Positions 35,394 through 40,835 of a DNA stretch of 40,835 nucleotides are shown here, in pieces. Made by a program: the position numbers and the translations under genes. Each line of letters starts with the position of its first letter. Within the stretch, counting starts at the first letter, position 1. The stretch spans positions 1 to 40,835 of the forward strand of contig BTUM01000072.1 in the NCBI GenBank assembly GCA_045863235.1, in the 5' to 3' direction. Under the pieces are notes generated by a model. It made no database searches, had not been told where the DNA came from, and worked only from the letters and a program-made list of their open reading frames with translations. This DNA is from Candidatus Xenobia bacterium (GTDB lineage Bacteria > Vulcanimicrobiota > Xenobia > Xenobiales > QWHO01).

Positions 35394-37547
35394 TCAGTCG
35401 GTATAGAACTTGCGCTTCTCGGCCTTCATCGTCTTGAGCAATTGAGCCGGCTCAAAGCGCGGCCCGAACCGCTCGGAGAGGATCTCCAGCCGCTCCACCA
35501 CCCGGTCGATGCCCAGCTGATCCATGTAGCGGAACGGCCCGCCCAAGAACGGCGGGAAGCCCAGCCCGAAGATGGCCCCGGCGTCACCGTCGCGGGCGCT
35601 GCGCAGCACGTTCTCCTCCAGGCAGAGCACGGCTTCGTTCAGGAAGGCCATCACGCAACGCTGCTGGATCTCGTCCACGTCCATCCGCTGGCGCTTGCGC
35701 CCGCCAGGCAACAGGTCATAGAAGGTGGGGTCGGGATCCTTGCTCTTGCCCGAGTAGCGATAGAAGCCTTTCTGGCTCTTTTTGCCCAGGCGGCCGTCGT
35801 CGAGCACCTTCTGCCAGCCGTCGGGGGCCGAGAAGCGCCTGGGGAAGGCGTCCATCATGATCTTCATCACCTTGGTGGCCACGTCCAACCCCACCTCGTC
35901 CTGCAGCATCAGCGGACCAACGGGGAAGCCGAAGTCCTTGAGGGCGTTGTCGATCTGGTCGATGGCTGCGCCTTCCCACAAGATGCGGACGGCCTCGTTG
36001 ATGAACGGCGCCAGCACGCGGGAGGTATAAAAGCCCACCCCGTCGTTGACCACGATGACCTGCTTGCCCAGCAGCTTGCCCGCCTCCACCGTGGTGGCGG
36101 TCACCCAGTCGGCCGTGCCGGGATGGACGATCACCTCCACCAGCGGCATCTTCTCGACGGGCGAGAAGAAGTGCATTCCGATCACGTTCTCGGGACGCGA
36201 GGACCCTTTGGCGATCTCGGTGATGGGCAAGGACGAGGTATTGGACGCGAAGATGGTGTCCGGTCCGCACACCGCTTCCACCTCTTTGAGCACGGTGTGC
36301 TTGAGGTTGATGTCCTCGAAGACGGCCTCGATCACCATGTCCACCCGCTTGAAGCCCGAGTAGTCGGTGGTGGGCCGGATGCGCGCCATGCGAAGGTCGC
36401 GCTCGAAAGGTCGCATGCGCCGGCGGGAGACCTTCTTGTCGAACACCTTCCAGGCGTAGTGGAGCGTCTTGCCCAACGCCTCGTCGTTGCGGTCCTTGAC
36501 GTTGACCGGCAGGCCCTTGTCGGCGTAGACGGTGGCGATGCCCGAGCCCATCAACCCGCCGCCCAGCACGGCCAGCTTCTTCAATGCGCGCGCCTTGGCA
36601 TCAGAGCCTTTGGGAAGGCCTGTGTCCGATTTGAGAGCGGTGGTCAGGTTGAAGATGTGGATCAGGTTCTTGGACACCATGCCCGCGGCCAGCTCGCCAA
36701 ACAGGCGGGCCTCCACCTCGAGCCCTTCGGCCAGGCTCTTGCGCGAGGCCATGGCCGAGTCCAGGGCCTTGTAGGGGGCCGGGTAGTGGTCACCGGCCTT
36801 CTTGCGAAGCTCCGCCTTGGCCTGGGTGTAGAGGATGCTGCGGGCTCCGAAGGCCTCCATCAGGCGGCTGGCCAGGGTCTTCTGGCGTCCCTCGCGGTTC
36901 TCGTGGGCCATCCCGTGGCGTCCGGCCAGCTCCAGCGCGGCCGCGCGGGCCCGCTGGGGCAGCACTTCGGCCGGCACCACCTCGTCCACCAGCCCCAATT
37001 TCTTGGCAGCCCGCGGACGGACGCGCTTGGCGGTCAGGATCATGTCCAGGGCTGCCGGCAGGCCGATCAGGCGCGGCAGACGCTGGGTGCCTCCGGCGCC
37101 CGGCAACAAGCCGATCTGCACCTCGGGCAGGCCCAGCTGGCTGCGGTCGTCTTCTGAGACCAGCCGGTAGCCTGTGGCCAGCGCCATCTCCAGGCCGCCG
37201 CCCAGGCAAACGCCGTGGATGGAGGTCACGGTGGGGAACGGGAGCTCTTCCAGGCGGTTGAACACGCCCTGGGCGGCCCGGCTCATGGCCGCGCCCTCCT
37301 CGGGAGTGGTGATGGTGGCCAGGAAGCGCACGTCGGCGCCAGCCACGAAGCTGTCGGCCTTGCCGCTCTCGATCACCAGAGCCCGCACGTCCGAGCGGGT
37401 CTTGAGCTCCTCGAAGGTATCGTTCAGCTCCTGGAAGACTTCCGGGGAAAGAACGTTCATTCGGCCCGGTGTGTCCAGGGTCAGCACGGCCACTCCCTCG
37501 GTGCTGACGGTCAGTTGGATGGCTTTCTTCGTTGCAGTGGTGGTCAT
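35394..37547 (-). CDS. fadJ: Fatty acid oxidation complex alpha subunit (enoyl-CoA hydratase / 3-hydroxyacyl-CoA dehydrogenase)
   Basis: FVAGAD, CLGGGLE, GLPEVQIGLLPGAGGTQRLPRLIG, VLGGGLMGSGIA, FASNTSSLPI, GMHFFSPV, GLGFPPFLGGPF. Confidence 0.92.
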   Translation of the reverse strand: MTTTATKKAIQLTVSTEGVAVLTLDTPGRMNVLSPEVFQELNDTFEELKTRSDVRALVIESGKADSFVAGADVRFLATITTPEEGAAMSRAAQGVFNRLEELPFPTVTSIHGVCLGGGLEMALATGYRLVSEDDRSQLGLPEVQIGLLPGAGGTQRLPRLIGLPAALDMILTAKRVRPRAAKKLGLVDEVVPAEVLPQRARAAALELAGRHGMAHENREGRQKTLASRLMEAFGARSILYTQAKAELRKKAGDHYPAPYKALDSAMASRKSLAEGLEVEARLFGELAAGMVSKNLIHIFNLTTALKSDTGLPKGSDAKARALKKLAVLGGGLMGSGIATVYADKGLPVNVKDRNDEALGKTLHYAWKVFDKKVSRRRMRPFERDLRMARIRPTTDYSGFKRVDMVIEAVFEDINLKHTVLKEVEAVCGPDTIFASNTSSLPITEIAKGSSRPENVIGMHFFSPVEKMPLVEVIVHPGTADWVTATTVEAGKLLGKQVIVVNDGVGFYTSRVLAPFINEAVRILWEGAAIDQIDNALKDFGFPVGPLMLQDEVGLDVATKVMKIMMDAFPRRFSAPDGWQKVLDDGRLGKKSQKGFYRYSGKSKDPDPTFYDLLPGGRKRQRMDVDEIQQRCVMAFLNEAVLCLEENVLRSARDGDAGAIFGLGFPPFLGGPFRYMDQLGIDRVVERLEILSERFGPRFEPAQLLKTMKAEKRKFYTD

Positions 37548-37564
37548 CTTAGCTCGTGCCCCCT

Positions 37565-38869
37565 TCAGCGTTCCAGGATCAGCGCCGTGCCGATGCCTCC
37601 GGCGGCGCACAGAGATAAACAAGCGGTCTTGAGGTTGCGGCGCTTCAACTCGTGAGCCGCTCCCGAAATCATGCGCGCTCCCGTAGCCCCGAACGGATGG
37701 CCCAGCGCGATGGAGCCTCCGTTCACGTTCAGGCGGGCCCGGTCCACCGCTCCCAGGGGCTCGTCGCGGCCCAGCTTCTCTTTACAGAACTCGGGCGACT
37801 CGAGCATCTTGAGCACCGAGAGCACCTGGGCGGCGAAGGCCTCGTGCATTTCCATCAGGTCGATCTCGCCCAGCTTGAGCCCGGCCTTGTCCAGGGCGAG
37901 CGGCACGGCGTAGGCCGGACCGAGCAGCAGCTGGTCGTCGGGGTCGAGCGAAGCCGTGGCCCAGGAACGCACGAAGCAGAGGGGCTCGTAGCCCAGCTCT
38001 TTGGCCTTCTCCTCGCTCATCACCAGCACCGCGGCGGCGCCGTCGGTGAGTCCGCTGGAATTGCCCGCGGACAGGCTACCGTACTTGCGGTCGAATACCG
38101 GGCCCAGCTTGGCCAGCGCCTCCACGGTCGTATCCTTGCGCACGAAGTTGTCATTCTTAACCGGCTCGAAGCGCGGCTGAGGCCAGACCGTGCAGACCTC
38201 CTCGGCCATCTTGCCCGCCTCCCAGGCGGCCGCCGCCCGCTGGTGGCTCTGGTAGGCCAGCTCGTCTTGCTCGGCGCGGGTGATGCCGTTCTTGCGGGCC
38301 ATCATCTCGGCGTGCTGGCCCATGCTCTTGCCGGTGGAGGCCTCGGCGATGGAAGGCGCGCTCGGAATGAGGTCCTTCATGTTGAGCCCGGCCAGCGCCT
38401 TCATGCGGGCGGGAACGCTCTTGGCCTTGCTAAACGACATCAGGCTGTCGATGGCGCCCTTGGCGTAGGGCACGGGCACGTTGGACATCGACTCGGTACC
38501 GCCCACCACCACCACCTGGTACTCACCGGCCAGAATGCCCTCGGTAGCGGTGATCAGGGCCTGAGCGCTGGATGCGCAGGCGCGCTGCAGGGTGAATCCG
38601 GGGATGCGGCGGGGCAGGCCCAGCGCCAGCACCACCTCGCGGGCCACGTTGGGCGCGTTGATGGGCGGCAGCACGCAGCCCATGATGACCTCGTCGATCA
38701 GCTCCGGGTCGAGATCGGTGCGCTCGAGCAGCTCGCGGACGGCGAACTTGGCCAGGTCGACCGCGGTCAGGTCCTTGAACTGGGTGTAGGAACGCAGGAA
38801 CGGGGTGCGCACGCCCTCCACGATGGCCACCCGCCCCCCGGTGGTGTTGCTCTTCTTCTTTACCGCCAT
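37565..38869 (-). CDS. fadI: 3-ketoacyl-CoA thiolase, FadI type
   Basis: GVRTPF, RACASS, NSSGLTDGA, HEAFAAQ, GHPFGATG, CAAGG. Confidence 0.92.
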   Translation of the reverse strand: MAVKKKSNTTGGRVAIVEGVRTPFLRSYTQFKDLTAVDLAKFAVRELLERTDLDPELIDEVIMGCVLPPINAPNVAREVVLALGLPRRIPGFTLQRACASSAQALITATEGILAGEYQVVVVGGTESMSNVPVPYAKGAIDSLMSFSKAKSVPARMKALAGLNMKDLIPSAPSIAEASTGKSMGQHAEMMARKNGITRAEQDELAYQSHQRAAAAWEAGKMAEEVCTVWPQPRFEPVKNDNFVRKDTTVEALAKLGPVFDRKYGSLSAGNSSGLTDGAAAVLVMSEEKAKELGYEPLCFVRSWATASLDPDDQLLLGPAYAVPLALDKAGLKLGEIDLMEMHEAFAAQVLSVLKMLESPEFCKEKLGRDEPLGAVDRARLNVNGGSIALGHPFGATGARMISGAAHELKRRNLKTACLSLCAAGGIGTALILER

Positions 38870-39196
38870 AGTCAGCCCGTCCCCTCGGTTTGGATGTCCG
38901 GGCACAGGCCCGGCTCAGCGCCCGTCGAAGCGCCCGCCATACTTGCGACGCGCATCGCCGCACTCCTTTTGACAGCGATTCGATTCATGGCGCCCGGTGA
39001 GCTCGACTTTCAGCTGATGGACTGGCAGCCCTCCAGCCAGGGATGCCGCCGTCAACGCCCGCATCCCCCATTGCGCTCAGGTGCTGCCATCGTCGCCGCG
39101 CGACCGGGCCCGTCACCCCTATGTTCTGTTTCATTCAAAGTCAGAGCGACCATTCCAAACGAGTCTGTCTGGGCGTCCGGTGGGCGAACGGGATGT

Positions 39197-40315
39197 TCAG
39201 TGGCAGTCTTCGCCTTCATCATCGTCGCGGTCATCGTCACCTGGGATGACTGTCAAGGTCCAGGTCATGGTCGCTATCCCTGGCCCTTCTCCTCGGTATC
39301 CATTCACAGGCGCAACAATTTTGACTTCGTGGATTCCGGGAGGTAGTGGCTGTGATGGTCGCGCGGTAATCCGCAAACGCTCGAATACCTTCCCGGATTG
39401 GAGCGTCAAGTTGAGCTTGCTGTCGATTTTCATCGTGGACGTAAGGTCCTGGCCGCCCACCGTGAACTGCACCTTGGCCAGGTTGACTTGAGGCTGCTCA
39501 TAGTCCCCGTCGGTGATCTCCACCCAGATTTTGGGCCTTCGATTACCGGTTTCTTGCCCAGCCCTGGGCCCGCGCCTCACGATTGTGGGGTTGATCACCG
39601 GCGGAGACTCCCAATTCGCCGAGCGACCCGAGGCACGCGCCCTCTGGACAAGAGCCCACTGAAGAAAGTTCATGCTCTTTGAAGAGTATTCCTCGAAGGC
39701 CTCGCCTGAAAAAGTTTGCCGACAGAAAATTCCTACAGCAATGGCTTCATCGTATCTCGTTGATTCAAAGCCCAAAGCGATTTCGAGCAATGTATAGATT
39801 CTCAGTAGGCCGACTTGGATTTCTATCGGTTGGCCCTGCACTCGAGCGGTCAGACCTCCCATGGACCGCGCTTGAATGAGCTCGCGAACAGTTGGGGCTC
39901 CGTACGAACTGAGGATCTCCTCCTGCTTGTGCAACCAGAGGTCGCGCAGGCGTCTGCGGTCAACTGTGACATCGACCGAGTAACTCCGTGCACGGACCTC
40001 GAACCGAGACCCCGGGAATTTGTCGATCACCTCGCGGTAGGCAGCCAGACATTTCGCCCGGTCCTGGAACAGGCACCGGAGCCTGGCCACCTGAAAGAGA
40101 CTCTCCGCGGCGATGGTCGTGCCCGGATTCACCGCTGCAATTTGGTGGAACTTGTCCACAGCTTGTTGAGGGCGTCCTTCGTTGGCCATCCGCAAAGCGT
40201 CCCGAAACTCCGCAGTCATGACGAACTTCTCGTAGGTCCTGGCAAGTTGGCCGTAGAGTGGACAAACGACGAGAGCTATCAGACACAGATTCACCACCAG
40301 TAGATGTCTCTTCAT
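39197..40315 (-). CDS. Secreted TPR-containing protein with C-terminal Ig-like domain and acidic tail
   Basis: Signal peptide MKRHLLVVNLCLIALVV; TPR-like AYREVIDKFPGSRF; beta-rich C-terminus ending DDDRDDDEGEDCH. Confidence 0.75.
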   Translation of the reverse strand: MKRHLLVVNLCLIALVVCPLYGQLARTYEKFVMTAEFRDALRMANEGRPQQAVDKFHQIAAVNPGTTIAAESLFQVARLRCLFQDRAKCLAAYREVIDKFPGSRFEVRARSYSVDVTVDRRRLRDLWLHKQEEILSSYGAPTVRELIQARSMGGLTARVQGQPIEIQVGLLRIYTLLEIALGFESTRYDEAIAVGIFCRQTFSGEAFEEYSSKSMNFLQWALVQRARASGRSANWESPPVINPTIVRRGPRAGQETGNRRPKIWVEITDGDYEQPQVNLAKVQFTVGGQDLTSTMKIDSKLNLTLQSGKVFERLRITARPSQPLPPGIHEVKIVAPVNGYRGEGPGIATMTWTLTVIPGDDDRDDDEGEDCH

Positions 40316-40648
40316 GTCTTCATCCTACGGCACCTCTGGAATATGGTGGGGTATCTTGTTCCAATTAGGCAGCTCCTCACCAACGAGGACCCGTGGGGTC
40401 CGGCGACTAAAGCGCCGGCCTCCACCGGCGCTTTCATCACGCGTCTTAAAAGAAAACAAGAAAAGTCAGCCAAGCCGCGCTGAGAAAATCCGGTCATTGA
40501 TAAGAAGAGCGACTCACTAGACATTCGTCCGACGGGCCTCTGTCATCGGGCCGGTCATTATCAGCCAGATAGCACGGTCCGACGCCGACCCACACCGGAC
40601 CATCGTTTCCGAGAATCAGTCCCGCCCCCACCGCCCCTCCTCACTCAC

Positions 40649-40834
40649 TCAGCGACAGTCCTCGCCGTCGTCGTCGTGGTGAGGACCACCGTGGGCCACC
40701 GTGAAATGCCACGTCCTCGCCGCGCGACCGGGCCCGTCACCCCGATATCCGTGGACAGGCGCCACGACCCTTACCTCGTAGGTGCTGGTATGATGCCTAC
40801 AGGCAGCCAGCAATGGCGCCCCTGCTAGGGAAAC
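40649..40834 (-). CDS. C-terminal part or remnant of a paralog of 39197-40315; 5' end outside the window
   Basis: TYEVRVVAPVHGYRGDGPGRAARTWHFTV...DDDGEDCR* aligns with IHEVKIVAPVNGYRGEGPGIATMTWTLTV...DDDEGEDCH*. Confidence 0.65.
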   Translation of the reverse strand, partial: VSLAGAPLLAACRHHTSTYEVRVVAPVHGYRGDGPGRAARTWHFTVAHGGPHHDDDGEDCR

Positions 40835-40835
40835 G

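Overview
GC-rich bacterial chromosome segment. Its main accessory feature is a ~14.8-kb element integrated in the 3' half of tRNA-Ala(UGC), bounded by a perfect 47-bp direct repeat (3504-3550 / 18331-18377). The element is organised like a phage satellite: tyrosine integrase, divergent excisionase-type HTH, Zn-finger/TOPRIM primase-ATPase, iteron-rich putative origin and a sigma-like regulator. These are followed by a translationally coupled operon whose only recognisable virion genes are an HK97-type prohead protease fusion and a 1127-aa tail tape measure protein. I can recognise no capsid, portal, large terminase, tail tube, lysis or repressor gene. The integrase is broken by a 105-bp internal inversion with duplicated ends that reconstructs exactly in frame, and its ORF reads through the att core, so excision would swap its C-terminus. 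Left of the element is an AT-richer patch with a frameshifted DUF4160-like gene and a DUF2442-like/XRE-HTH/HIRAN fusion. The rest is mostly housekeeping: tRNA-Ile/tRNA-Ala, guaB-ppa-purA, rocD, a TPR protein, a CoA-transferase, a PGM1-like ATP-grasp ligase and fadIJ. It also holds several exported hypothetical proteins and a decayed Phd-VapC pair. All family calls are from motif recognition by eye; no database searches were run.
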